Of a stretch of DNA of 60,693 nt, positions 1 to 9,753 are shown piece after piece. Source of the stretch: a virus; IMG/VR virus record IMGVR_UViG_3300029604_000003. One strand, written 5' to 3'. Below the pieces are notes generated by a model. It ran no database searches and had not been told where the DNA came from. It saw only the letters and a program-made list of their open reading frames with translations. Both the position numbers and the translations under genes were made by a program. Each line of letters starts with the position of its first letter. Within the stretch, counting starts at the first letter, position 1.

Positions 1-99
1 TATACCAACTGAAGCATCTCCTTTATACGTTACTACATTCTCATACATATGTACGATATCGCCGAAGTTTATGAGCTTTTCAGTTAACGAATTGTTTTC
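1..99. repeat. Terminal direct repeat copy 1 (= 60595-60693); circular-closure overlap
   Basis: Read directly: bases 1-99 are identical to 60595-60693. A tail-gene reading frame runs seamlessly across the implied junction. Confidence 0.95.
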
Positions 100-573
100 A
101 AATGGAAATTCGAATTTAGGATTGACGCCACTAAATAATGTAAGCGTCTTTCCATTAGTTGCATAGAAGTATGGGTCTGGACAAATTACGGAGATTTGAG
201 TAGTTTCATGAGCCTGGAATATTTCAGGTTCATTCGACTCGACGTAACCGAAAGCATCAAGAGATCTCTGATCCGTTACGAATGTCAACATGAGGTATCT
301 CTTGATAGGGAAATACTTATATGTAGTATGCCTAATAGTTTCGATATCTGTTCCGAATCTAAAATCCAGAGTCATAACGATATTTCTAGTTTCAAGTTTA
401 GCACTATTATATAATGCTCCATCTCCGGTCGCTATCTCACTAGTGTTGATAGTTGCCTTAACTGGCCCCAAACCTTCAATGTCTGTTATAGCTAGACCCG
501 AAACCTCAGGCCTAGCTAGTTCCATTTCTAGGGATTCCCCTAAATAATTAGTAACGATTACTTTCTTTATCAT
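1..573 (-). CDS. Distal tail protein (Dit / siphovirus tail family), N-terminal 191 codons; same gene as 60259-60594 across the circular junction
   Basis: ATG at 573 overlaps the TMP stop (ATGA). The frame stays open to base 1 and continues at 60594, giving one 302-aa ORF. The N-terminus MIKKVIVTNYLGESLEMELARPEVSGLAITDIEGLGP looks like Sipho_tail/Dit proteins. The gene lies directly after the tape measure gene. Confidence 0.7.
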   Translation of the reverse strand, partial: MIKKVIVTNYLGESLEMELARPEVSGLAITDIEGLGPVKATINTSEIATGDGALYNSAKLETRNIVMTLDFRFGTDIETIRHTTYKYFPIKRYLMLTFVTDQRSLDAFGYVESNEPEIFQAHETTQISVICPDPYFYATNGKTLTLFSGVNPKFEFPFENNSLTEKLINFGDIVHMYENVVTYKGDASVGI

Positions 574-3500
574 TTAAGAGCCCCCTTTAATTGACTAAAC
601 TGGTTCTTTGTCTGTCGATATATCTCTTTATTAGATAATGCTACAGGCGAATTATTAGTCTGGTTGAATGTATAGTTGTTAGTTACATTGGTACTAGATC
701 CTTTTAGAGCGCGACCAGTTTTACTACCCCTTCCGCCATTCTGCAATGCCGCCAAAGCTTTGCTAAGACCGTTACCTTTGCCGAACACACTTCCGGCTAT
801 TCCACTAGCTATAGAAGCTGCAAAACCAGCGCTAGCTCCTGCTACAGAAGATCCCGTAGCTGATGTCACTCCGCTACTAACCATTGACGACAGATTCGAA
901 GTGTTAACACTGGCACTTAAACTAGGCATCTGTATTTTAGATAGTACTGCGTTTACAGCGTCAACTAATTCCTGAGCAGCACTAACAGCTGATGGTATAG
1001 CTCCTCTAATGCCTCGAGCAAATGAATTACCAAGTGCACTTCCTTTAGAAGATGCTTTGTCGCTGCCTTTTGAAAACGAAGATAATGCTTTATCTACCAC
1101 TGATTTACAAGAAGATTCTACAGCTGTTAACACCGTTGTTGCAGCAAGACCTAAAGCAAAGCAATAACCAAGAGATGTTCCGGAAGATTTAAAAGCTTTC
1201 TTGAAATTTGTTTCTGCGTAATTCGTAAAAGCTGTGCAAGCCTTCTTGGCAGATTGCTTTGCAGATTTTGCAACCCCTTCGGAAGCCGAGTCAATTCCAG
1301 CTTTGAACTGGTTTCCAGCTTTCTTACCTGAAGACTTGAACGACGTATCTTTTTTAAGTACTTCGTCAAATGACTTAGCTACCGCGTGAACAGTTTTTGT
1401 CGCTGCAGATCCTTTGAGGTTCCTAGATGAGCCTTTCTTAGAAGATACATCCTTGCCTGTAGCAGCATCAATCATTCCCTGATACATGGAATTGACAGCT
1501 CCTAGACCTGCTTCTTTGTACGAATCAGATACTGTTTTTGCTACTTCTTCATTTATTGACAATTTTTCGACATACAGATCGTTCATTTCTTTTCTTTCAG
1601 CAGGCGTCATGCTGTAATATACATCAACAAGATCAGCTGCGCTCATTCCCTGATCGACTAGTTCTTTTAACAATCTAGGATCTAGCGATTTAGCAAGGTC
1701 AAGTATTTCAGCTTCCCATTTCTTAACAGCTTCGACATTATCTCTGGCTTGTTGCTTTACTGAATCTTTTGTCATTTGCATTTTTTCAGCAAATAGATTA
1801 TTTACTTCTGTAATTTGTTCACTAGTTGCAAGCTTGAATCCTTCGATATATGGTATTGCTTGCGTCCCTAGACTCTTAAGATAATCCAGCAATCCATCTG
1901 CAAATCTCATATTCTTTAGTTCTTCAAGACCTTCGATTACTCTCTTTTCAGCATTAACCTGTGACCACATACGATCAATAATAGTATCATTACCAAGATC
2001 GTTTACTACTTCTTCGTATCTCGTAAAGTAATCCGTAGAACTTGAAATGTCGAAATTAACAAACGATGTGAAACTATCAAGACTGCTCTTTACAGATTCT
2101 GTCATAGACTTTGCAGTATCTTCGATTTTCTTCTTTGCATCGTCCCAATCATTGTTTATCTTCTTGAGGTTTTTCTCCATTTCCTTAGCTGCTTCTGAAA
2201 CAGCATTAGGAATTTCTTTTACGTCTTTCTTAACCTCTTTTGCCGTTTTCTTAACAGCTTTCTTTGCTTTCTTCTTGGCCGCTTCTTTCTCTTTCTTCAA
2301 AGCAAATGACTTGATAATATCATTAGCTCCAGATTTCTGAAGTTTAAGATTCTTAACATACACATCGTTTATTTCTTTACGTTCTTCATCTGAAAAAGTA
2401 AGCATTTCCAATACTTTGCTAAGATTTCCAGGACCTTCATCGACCAATTCCTGAACAAGTCGAATATCCCAACCCTGATTGAGCATCTTCTTGATAGAGC
2501 TCTTCCACTTAACAGCATCTTGATAAGTCTGCTTATAAGAAGCGATAATATCTTCTTTAGTTTGCTTACTAGCTTCTGCATACGCTGTGTTTGCCCTATC
2601 GATTTCTTCTTTTGAAGCATTTGCAAATAATTTTATGTATGCATAACCAGATTCTCCCATACCTTTAAGAGTATCAATAAGTCCTTTACTAAGACCATTC
2701 TTGGATAATTTCGCAAGGTTATCCTTCATCTCCTGATAACCATCAACCTGACTTTCCATGTTCTTAAGAACTGTACTCATCTCATCGTCCATAGAATCAG
2801 AGAACTCGGAGAATATGTTCCTAGAGTTATCGAATGCAATATTCGTAAACTTAGTATATTCCTTTATCGAATTAATAATATTGTTCCTGTATTCTTTGAA
2901 CGTCGAGTTAATGTTGGACTGGATCGTCTTTTGATCATCTTTCAGCTGTTTCACAGCATTTTTAATAGCAGTGTTATTTTCCTTAATAGCCGAATTGAGA
3001 TTCTTTTTGCTAAGCTTTTTGCCTGAAGCACTAAGGCCCTTCTTTAAACGGTCTTGAGTTTTAAGGAGCTTCTTTAAAGCTGCCTCATGCTGCTTAACGG
3101 ACTTAGTGTCTTCCTTATACTGATCCGATTCCTTATACAGTGCAATAGCAAAATTCTTGATAGTTTTTTCGGCAGTTTTAGTAGCTTTGCTAAGTGTCTT
3201 AAGCTTAGGTGTTGTCTTGAGAAGCTCTTTTCCTAAACTCTTAGAGATTTTAGTAATCGTCTCATAAGGAGTTTTATTAAACGAGCTTACAGCTTTGTCG
3301 AAAGTCTTTCCAAACTGATAAGCGACCTTAATGATTTTGGTCATCTTGATCTTTGCTTTCTTGCTGTTCTTCTTAGACTTACTTGCGATTTTCTTAGAAG
3401 TGGCATCATATGAACTAGTTACACCATTTCCAGCTTTGTTAGCACTCTTGATAATGTCTTTTGTCGTCTTATCCATTTGGTCTGAAAACGTACTGTTGCC

Positions 3501-6500
3501 AGCATTAAGAATGCCATTTACGGTCTTCATGACGCCATCAACGTCTTTATTTCCAACCGATTTACTAATGGATTTCTTAATTCCCTTGACATATCCTGTA
3601 ACTGTTTTTTGAACTTTCTTAGCGCCGTCTTTTATTCCTTTTCCAGCGCCTAGCAAAGCTCCTCTTCCAGCGTCAATACCCGCAAGTTCAATGTCTCCAG
3701 CCGTTGATTTAACACCTTTAACAAGTCCTTCTCCGGCATAAGCGCCAATCTTATTGGTTTTCTTGGAAGGGGAATGCTCATCAAGAGATTTCTTGCTCTT
3801 CATGCCCTTAAGTAATTGATTACCTAATGAAACACCCGTCGAGTATACATCTGAGCTCTTGTTCTTTGCTCCGCTCATAAAACCTATAGCTGCATTAGTA
3901 CCAGCCGTGCTAAAATCCTTAGAATTAGATTTCATGCCGCTAGCAAGATTCTTAGCTAATGAAGAACCTGCATCTTTGAATTTTGAATTGTAATCCTTGA
4001 ATGTGCTATTAGCAGTACTAAGAGCGCTATTTACCACTGAATTAAATCCATCGGTAGTATCTGTATCCGATTTAAATGCATCAGTGACGTATTTCAAGAA
4101 CTTCTTAGCTACGCTTGATGACGGAGACTTCATATCTTCGCTGTTATTTTTCATTCCAGTGGAAATCCACCCAACAACCTTAGAGCCAACCTTTTCAAAG
4201 TCCCCCGATTTTGATTCAAATCCATTCTGTACGGATTTTAGAGAAGTCTTACCCAAAGCCTTAAATGCTTTGTTCATATCCTTGACTTTCTTGGCCAGTC
4301 CACCCTTAACACCGTTCAGAGAATTGATGAAATCGGACAATTGCTTAGCGATAGTTCCTGCGTTAGATGTATCAGCTCCTTTTATTGTAGTTGAGAAGCT
4401 GACAAAACTCTCACCAAATGATACAAGGTTCTTTCCGAACTTCTTTAAGCTCTCCTTGTTTCCACCAAAGAGTATGCTTTTAGCAGATGTCGCTTCTGGA
4501 AGGTCATCGTTTAACTTTGCAATGGATGTGGCAGCAGCCGATGTAGCCGTTATGGTTGAGGTATCAATTCCAGATACTGTTTTAGAGTATTTAGCAAATG
4601 ACTTACCAAACGAGACCATACTCTTGCCGAAAGTTCCTAAGTCCTGAGAACCTCCGACAAACCATTCTTTCATACCATCTAAACTCGGTATTGTTTTTGC
4701 CAATTTGGTAATTGTCATTGCTGCTGCAGACGTTGCATTTATCGATTCAGTATCAACTTTAGATACAGAATCAGAGTATTTGGCAAATGAATTACCGAAT
4801 GAGACCATACTTTTTCCGAAAGTTCCTAAATCTTCAGAACCTCCTACGAACCACTCTTTCATACCATCTAACTTAGGGATGGAATTTGCAAATTCGCTTA
4901 TCGTCATTGCTGCTGCAGATGTAGCCTTTATAGTTGATGTATTAACGCCAGCCACCAGACTAGAATAAGTAGCAAATGCTGCTCCAAATGGAATAAGAGA
5001 TAATCCAAATGAAGTTAAACTTTTAGACCCTGTCAGTAGCTGTTTTAATCCGCCTGCTTCAGGTATAGCGTTAGCTAAATCTGTTAATGTTTGAGCTGCG
5101 GAGGATGTTCCTTTAATTACCCCAGGATTTATGTTAGCGACTTCTGTAGCATATATTGCAAATGCTGCTCCGAATGGGATAAGAGATAATCCAAAATCAG
5201 CGAGATCCTTTGCCCCAGCTAACAGCTGAGCTAACCCTCCAGATCGTGGTATAGCTTTAGCTAATTCAACTAACGTTTTAGCTGCTATAGCAGTACCCTT
5301 AACTGTTTCCGGATTGACATTTGCTACTTGATCACCATATGATTTCATACCAGCGCCAAGGTACTGAAGTTGGTAAGCAAATTTCTGAATTGGATCTTTT
5401 CCAAGGTTTACAAAGGTAGAAATGGCATTCACAATCTCAGCTCCAGCTATTTTGACAATACACCCCGCCAGCACGGACATAGATGATCCTATCTCAGGTT
5501 TTACTTTGCCCATTGCAGATAAAAATGGCTGCAGTTTCTTTGCAAAGTCTGATAGATTTGTAGCTATTTGCGGCAATCCATCTGTAATTCCCTGACCAAC
5601 GCCGGATATGATTCCGCCGACTAATTTTCCTAAACCTTCGCCAAGGATTTCTAATACTTGAACTCCACCGTTCATGAAATCCTGGAATCCAGGTATCTTA
5701 TTGAGACCTCCGAGTACAGCTATAATTGCTGCGAGTCCAGCGACAAATATCGAGAAACTTCCTAACGAATTTATAGCCCCGGCAATAGGAACATTTTGAA
5801 GTATCAGCATAGAAGCTGATATAGATAACAGAACCATGCTTAATCCAGCTGATGCCGCTAACGATCGTTTCCAATCCAATTGAGCTACTAGCCCAATAAC
5901 ACCAGCTATTTCCAAAAGAACTGCACCAGCTAAAAGAACGCTAGCGCGCACCTTTCCAACACCAGCGAACCCTTTTAAGCATAATGTAAATACACCTAAA
6001 AGCAATGATATTGCTGCTGATCCTGCCATAACTCCAGTTGGATCTAGCTGAGCCAACAAAGCAATAACTCCAGCTATCTCGCCTACAACCAAAGCAGCAA
6101 CTATCACTGACTTCTTAGCATCAATTGATACATCGCCAGCTTTGATCATAGCTGACATGCATAAGATTATGGAATCAACAGCTGCGGTCGCTCCTGCCAT
6201 TTTTGACTGGTCAAGACCGGATAGTATAGCTATAGCCGCAGTTAAAATTACAATAGAACCAGCAACGGTCATCATCATAACACCAGCTCTAGCAGCATAT
6301 TGTCCAGCGCTAGCGCTAGCTTTAATTAGACCCCCAATAGGTATCATCAGTGCAATTAGATCCGTTATGCATTTAGCCATTGTCTTAAAATCGTACTTCT
6401 GTAATTTCTCAAATGCAGCAAGTAAAACATGTAGACTAACAGTAAATCCAAGTAGTAATACGGCTGCTTTAGAGGCATTCGGACCAGCTTTAGCAGATGC

Positions 6501-9368
6501 CTTAAATAACAGCATCATCGTTCCGAATACGGCTACAAATTGTTTCCATCCTTTCTTCATGGAACTAAAGTCCATCTTAGAAATTTTAGACATTACTTTA
6601 GCTAATCCGTATATTGCTACCACGGAACTTAACAATGTAAGCGCTCCTCTAGCTCCGCCTAAACCATTCGCTTTTCCAACAGCAATCATAAGAACCGATA
6701 ACGATCCAACAGCTAATACTAAAGCACCAATAGTGCTCCCAGCATCTTCAATATTGTAATTAGACAACCCTTTTATAGCTTTAACCATCAGTAGTAGAGA
6801 GGCTGCTAAAGATACAATTTGAAGAGCTCCAGCAGATGCTAATTTGGCGTTAGCGCCCATTGTATATTTAGTTAATGCCCCAGAGCATATAGTAATTACT
6901 CCAACTAGACCAGTTATTACTCCAATGTTAATAGCCATAGACTTATTGATGGTCACATTTTGAAGTTTTTCTAATGCTATCGTCATTAGTAAAATACTTC
7001 CAGCGATAGAAATTACCATGGCCGAAACTCCGGAGAATCCTTTTGCTAACTTTTCTGTTGAAATAGAACCGATCGCGTAAGCAAATGCTGTTAATGCTGC
7101 TCCCAATATTCCTATCAAGACAACGGCGCCTTCGATTCGATCCTGAGGTAACACGGTTAGCAAAGCTATAGATCCTACTAATATAGCTACGGCTTTTGCA
7201 ATTTTAATCACTATGTCAGCTTTGATAGAATCCTGCCAAGTTTTAAGGGTTAGTGCTCCTTGATTCATTAATTTAATAAAGCTGTTAGCCATTGCTGATG
7301 GTAATGCAAATAAACCGCCAAATCTGTCCGTAAGAACCTGTAATAATTTAGAGAGATTATAAAGGGCCTTTACAGAAACCCCTCCTAACAAGATAGTTAA
7401 GATATTAGCTGTATTAACCTTTCCGGATTTGTCTTCAATGAAAGAAAATACACCATCAAATGTATCAATCATCGTTTTCTTAAATCCGGCTGCCTGATCG
7501 GTCCAACCTTTTAAATATCCTGTTATCTTAGACCTAAGAGAATATAATTTCGAAGTAAAAGAATCTATCGAATCTCCTGCTCCACCAAAACTCTCTTTAG
7601 CAATTGCTCCTATTCCAAGAATAGTACTGAGTAAAGCTTTGAAATCTATATGGCCAACTTCTTTACAATGATCAATAAATTCATCAATCAGTTTCCCAGC
7701 ATTTTCACCAAAGTCTTTTATATCCGGCCACAGTGTTTTAACTATTAATTCATCTAACAGTTTTATTACTTCCTGTGTACCTTTCCAATTCCATATCGCT
7801 TTCGCAAAGTACTCGACATTTTTGATGGAGAACGCTATTGCCGATGATATCAGATTAACGCCTTTGGCCACTACATCAGATACCTTCGCAAACTTGTCAA
7901 ATTGAACGATTCCATCGCCGAGAACAGCAGTAAGATCGAGTACACTATTTACAGATACTCCCAATAATTTAGAAACTATCTGTAAAGCGATTTTAAGTCC
8001 TACGCCAAGAACATTTTTAACAATTTTTACAATTGTAAACAGGCCCTTTAAAGTTCGATATAATTTATCAACTTTATCTCTAGACATTATCAGTTTCTTG
8101 GTAAAGACTTCGAATGCATCAGTTATGTTTTTTATTTCTTTTGCATTCTTTTCTGGGAATATAGCCCTATAAGCAACTCTAAATGTATCCAATACTCCTA
8201 CTGCGGCTGCCATTACGTTAACAAATGAACGCATTAAAGAATTTCGCCCACCCATTTTTTTCCAAGCGTCAAGGGTGGCATTCTTAGCTGCAAATGTTTT
8301 TACGATGTAGTTACCGATTATATTGTCTAAGAAGCCCCAAAGTTTTTTAGATTCTTCGAAGTTACCAAATATCGTTTCCCAAGTATGTTCCCATCCCGAG
8401 CCAATAGCTTCTTTCCAAGCAGCAAACATCTGTCCGGCATCTTTAAATTCAGAAGCAGCAGCATATGCTTTTTGACCAAGTTCTGTGGTTTCATCAGTAT
8501 ACTTGCTAAGTGTCTGAACAAGAACATCAGTAGTCATCCACTGATACTGAAGGTTATCATTCCAGTTTTTTGTAGCATTGAATGCGTCAGATGTAGCCCC
8601 TTTAGCATTTGTAGTTGTGGTGTAGTAGTCTTCACCCTTTTTAACGACTGTTCCTAGAGCAACGGCAGTATCAAGCAAGTTCTGTTTGAAATCCATTGTT
8701 GCCATATTAGCAACTTCAATTGATTTCCAGTCGATAAGCTTTACGTATCCGGCTGATAATGCCTGAGCAAAGTTATACATTGCGTGAGACGCCTGTTCTG
8801 CATTTGCACCAGAAATTGCCGCTTCGTTTGATACACCTTTGATTGCCGCAACTGCGTCTTTTAACCCAACACCAGCATTCGTAAACTTTCCAATATTTGC
8901 GGTCATGTCTGAGAACGAATAAATAGTTCTATCCGAATACGTATTAAGTTCGTCAAGATACTTATTTACCGTAGACAAACTTTCTCCAGTGGACATAATA
9001 ATTGTCTGAATAGAGTTCATCTTTAATTTATATTCGTTCCAACCATCGGACATACCATCAAAAGCTAAAGCAGATACTATTTTTTTGCCTGCGTCAACAG
9101 CTGCATTCGTAAGTCGATTCAGCACACTCATAACTACGGTATCCATAGCTGAGAATTTGACTTGAACTGCTTCTACCGTTCTGCCCATTCCGTCCATGTT
9201 GAACTTTTTGGTCTCATTTTGAAATTTAGCAAGACTCTTTCCAGACTCACTAAAGTCGATGCTTTTCTTAAGAGCTTCTATAGATTTTTGACTTTGACGA
9301 ATTTTTTTCTCGAATTGTCCATTCTCAAATTGCATTCGAACAACGTCGTCTTCAACAACTTTACCCAT
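570..9368 (-). CDS. Tape measure protein (about 2,932 aa)
   Basis: Longest ORF, lying between the chaperone region and Dit. It has Lys/Ala/Ser-rich helical N- and C-terminal thirds, a long hydrophobic core and tandem 62-aa repeats. I prefer the ATG at 9368 (MGKVVEDD; AGGAGG upstream; TAATG overlap with the upstream stop) over the track start at 9389. Confidence 0.85.
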   Translation of the reverse strand: MGKVVEDDVVRMQFENGQFEKKIRQSQKSIEALKKSIDFSESGKSLAKFQNETKKFNMDGMGRTVEAVQVKFSAMDTVVMSVLNRLTNAAVDAGKKIVSALAFDGMSDGWNEYKLKMNSIQTIIMSTGESLSTVNKYLDELNTYSDRTIYSFSDMTANIGKFTNAGVGLKDAVAAIKGVSNEAAISGANAEQASHAMYNFAQALSAGYVKLIDWKSIEVANMATMDFKQNLLDTAVALGTVVKKGEDYYTTTTNAKGATSDAFNATKNWNDNLQYQWMTTDVLVQTLSKYTDETTELGQKAYAAASEFKDAGQMFAAWKEAIGSGWEHTWETIFGNFEESKKLWGFLDNIIGNYIVKTFAAKNATLDAWKKMGGRNSLMRSFVNVMAAAVGVLDTFRVAYRAIFPEKNAKEIKNITDAFEVFTKKLIMSRDKVDKLYRTLKGLFTIVKIVKNVLGVGLKIALQIVSKLLGVSVNSVLDLTAVLGDGIVQFDKFAKVSDVVAKGVNLISSAIAFSIKNVEYFAKAIWNWKGTQEVIKLLDELIVKTLWPDIKDFGENAGKLIDEFIDHCKEVGHIDFKALLSTILGIGAIAKESFGGAGDSIDSFTSKLYSLRSKITGYLKGWTDQAAGFKKTMIDTFDGVFSFIEDKSGKVNTANILTILLGGVSVKALYNLSKLLQVLTDRFGGLFALPSAMANSFIKLMNQGALTLKTWQDSIKADIVIKIAKAVAILVGSIALLTVLPQDRIEGAVVLIGILGAALTAFAYAIGSISTEKLAKGFSGVSAMVISIAGSILLMTIALEKLQNVTINKSMAINIGVITGLVGVITICSGALTKYTMGANAKLASAGALQIVSLAASLLLMVKAIKGLSNYNIEDAGSTIGALVLAVGSLSVLMIAVGKANGLGGARGALTLLSSVVAIYGLAKVMSKISKMDFSSMKKGWKQFVAVFGTMMLLFKASAKAGPNASKAAVLLLGFTVSLHVLLAAFEKLQKYDFKTMAKCITDLIALMIPIGGLIKASASAGQYAARAGVMMMTVAGSIVILTAAIAILSGLDQSKMAGATAAVDSIILCMSAMIKAGDVSIDAKKSVIVAALVVGEIAGVIALLAQLDPTGVMAGSAAISLLLGVFTLCLKGFAGVGKVRASVLLAGAVLLEIAGVIGLVAQLDWKRSLAASAGLSMVLLSISASMLILQNVPIAGAINSLGSFSIFVAGLAAIIAVLGGLNKIPGFQDFMNGGVQVLEILGEGLGKLVGGIISGVGQGITDGLPQIATNLSDFAKKLQPFLSAMGKVKPEIGSSMSVLAGCIVKIAGAEIVNAISTFVNLGKDPIQKFAYQLQYLGAGMKSYGDQVANVNPETVKGTAIAAKTLVELAKAIPRSGGLAQLLAGAKDLADFGLSLIPFGAAFAIYATEVANINPGVIKGTSSAAQTLTDLANAIPEAGGLKQLLTGSKSLTSFGLSLIPFGAAFATYSSLVAGVNTSTIKATSAAAMTISEFANSIPKLDGMKEWFVGGSEDLGTFGKSMVSFGNSFAKYSDSVSKVDTESINATSAAAMTITKLAKTIPSLDGMKEWFVGGSQDLGTFGKSMVSFGKSFAKYSKTVSGIDTSTITATSAAATSIAKLNDDLPEATSAKSILFGGNKESLKKFGKNLVSFGESFVSFSTTIKGADTSNAGTIAKQLSDFINSLNGVKGGLAKKVKDMNKAFKALGKTSLKSVQNGFESKSGDFEKVGSKVVGWISTGMKNNSEDMKSPSSSVAKKFLKYVTDAFKSDTDTTDGFNSVVNSALSTANSTFKDYNSKFKDAGSSLAKNLASGMKSNSKDFSTAGTNAAIGFMSGAKNKSSDVYSTGVSLGNQLLKGMKSKKSLDEHSPSKKTNKIGAYAGEGLVKGVKSTAGDIELAGIDAGRGALLGAGKGIKDGAKKVQKTVTGYVKGIKKSISKSVGNKDVDGVMKTVNGILNAGNSTFSDQMDKTTKDIIKSANKAGNGVTSSYDATSKKIASKSKKNSKKAKIKMTKIIKVAYQFGKTFDKAVSSFNKTPYETITKISKSLGKELLKTTPKLKTLSKATKTAEKTIKNFAIALYKESDQYKEDTKSVKQHEAALKKLLKTQDRLKKGLSASGKKLSKKNLNSAIKENNTAIKNAVKQLKDDQKTIQSNINSTFKEYRNNIINSIKEYTKFTNIAFDNSRNIFSEFSDSMDDEMSTVLKNMESQVDGYQEMKDNLAKLSKNGLSKGLIDTLKGMGESGYAYIKLFANASKEEIDRANTAYAEASKQTKEDIIASYKQTYQDAVKWKSSIKKMLNQGWDIRLVQELVDEGPGNLSKVLEMLTFSDEERKEINDVYVKNLKLQKSGANDIIKSFALKKEKEAAKKKAKKAVKKTAKEVKKDVKEIPNAVSEAAKEMEKNLKKINNDWDDAKKKIEDTAKSMTESVKSSLDSFTSFVNFDISSSTDYFTRYEEVVNDLGNDTIIDRMWSQVNAEKRVIEGLEELKNMRFADGLLDYLKSLGTQAIPYIEGFKLATSEQITEVNNLFAEKMQMTKDSVKQQARDNVEAVKKWEAEILDLAKSLDPRLLKELVDQGMSAADLVDVYYSMTPAERKEMNDLYVEKLSINEEVAKTVSDSYKEAGLGAVNSMYQGMIDAATGKDVSSKKGSSRNLKGSAATKTVHAVAKSFDEVLKKDTSFKSSGKKAGNQFKAGIDSASEGVAKSAKQSAKKACTAFTNYAETNFKKAFKSSGTSLGYCFALGLAATTVLTAVESSCKSVVDKALSSFSKGSDKASSKGSALGNSFARGIRGAIPSAVSAAQELVDAVNAVLSKIQMPSLSASVNTSNLSSMVSSGVTSATGSSVAGASAGFAASIASGIAGSVFGKGNGLSKALAALQNGGRGSKTGRALKGSSTNVTNNYTFNQTNNSPVALSNKEIYRQTKNQFSQLKGALK
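4400..5420 (-). repeat. About six tandem ~186-nt (62-aa) repeats inside the tape measure gene
   Basis: Protein units of the form GG(L/M)K(Q/E)..G(S/A)..L..FG.S(L/M).(P/S)FG..FA.Y...V..(V/I)(N/D)...I..T(S/A)(S/A)AA.T(L/I)..LA..IP recur six times. DNA blocks such as gagaccatact..ccgaaagttcctaa recur at about 186-nt spacing. Boundaries are approximate. Confidence 0.8.
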
Positions 9369-9742
9369 TATCCAGTGACCTCCTTCCAAGCATCTTTAGC
9401 TAGCCTATCAAATACCGGTTTTAAAGCCGGGTTAATATAGTCAACCCCCTGAACATATCCACCATTTCTAGTTCCATGTCCATATTGTAGAATAATAGCT
9501 ATATTCACATGGTTCACTACATTAGAATTTTTAAAAACCAAACTTACTGACCCATTGCCACGAACTATTTCATAATACCACGATGCTGCTGTTACTCCAG
9601 TGTCAACAGGAGTTGCAGCCTTGAGGGCAGCTACGCCTTCACGTCCGTACTTGTTTAATATACCAACGTTAACGCCTTCCAAAAGTTTTTCGAAATAATT
9701 ATCGAGCTTTTTAAAGTTACCCTCAAGTTTGCATCTGATCAT
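9368..9742 (-). CDS. HK97 gp10-like tail/neck component (124 aa)
   Basis: ALKAATPVDTGVTAASWYYE and LQYGHGTRNGGYV resemble the HK97 gp10 family (TG.TA.SW motif). The gene is translationally coupled to the TMP start. Confidence 0.5.
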   Translation of the reverse strand: MIRCKLEGNFKKLDNYFEKLLEGVNVGILNKYGREGVAALKAATPVDTGVTAASWYYEIVRGNGSVSLVFKNSNVVNHVNIAIILQYGHGTRNGGYVQGVDYINPALKPVFDRLAKDAWKEVTG

Positions 9743-9753
9743 GTCATTTCTCC

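Noticed and set aside
1-99. 99-bp terminal repeat as a biological direct terminal repeat (DTR)
   Set aside because: The repeat interrupts the Dit coding sequence, and its length is typical of a de Bruijn k-mer overlap. The HNH + TerL arrangement and the structured gap at 21.7-22.1 kb point to a packaging site elsewhere. It cannot be fully excluded without end mapping.
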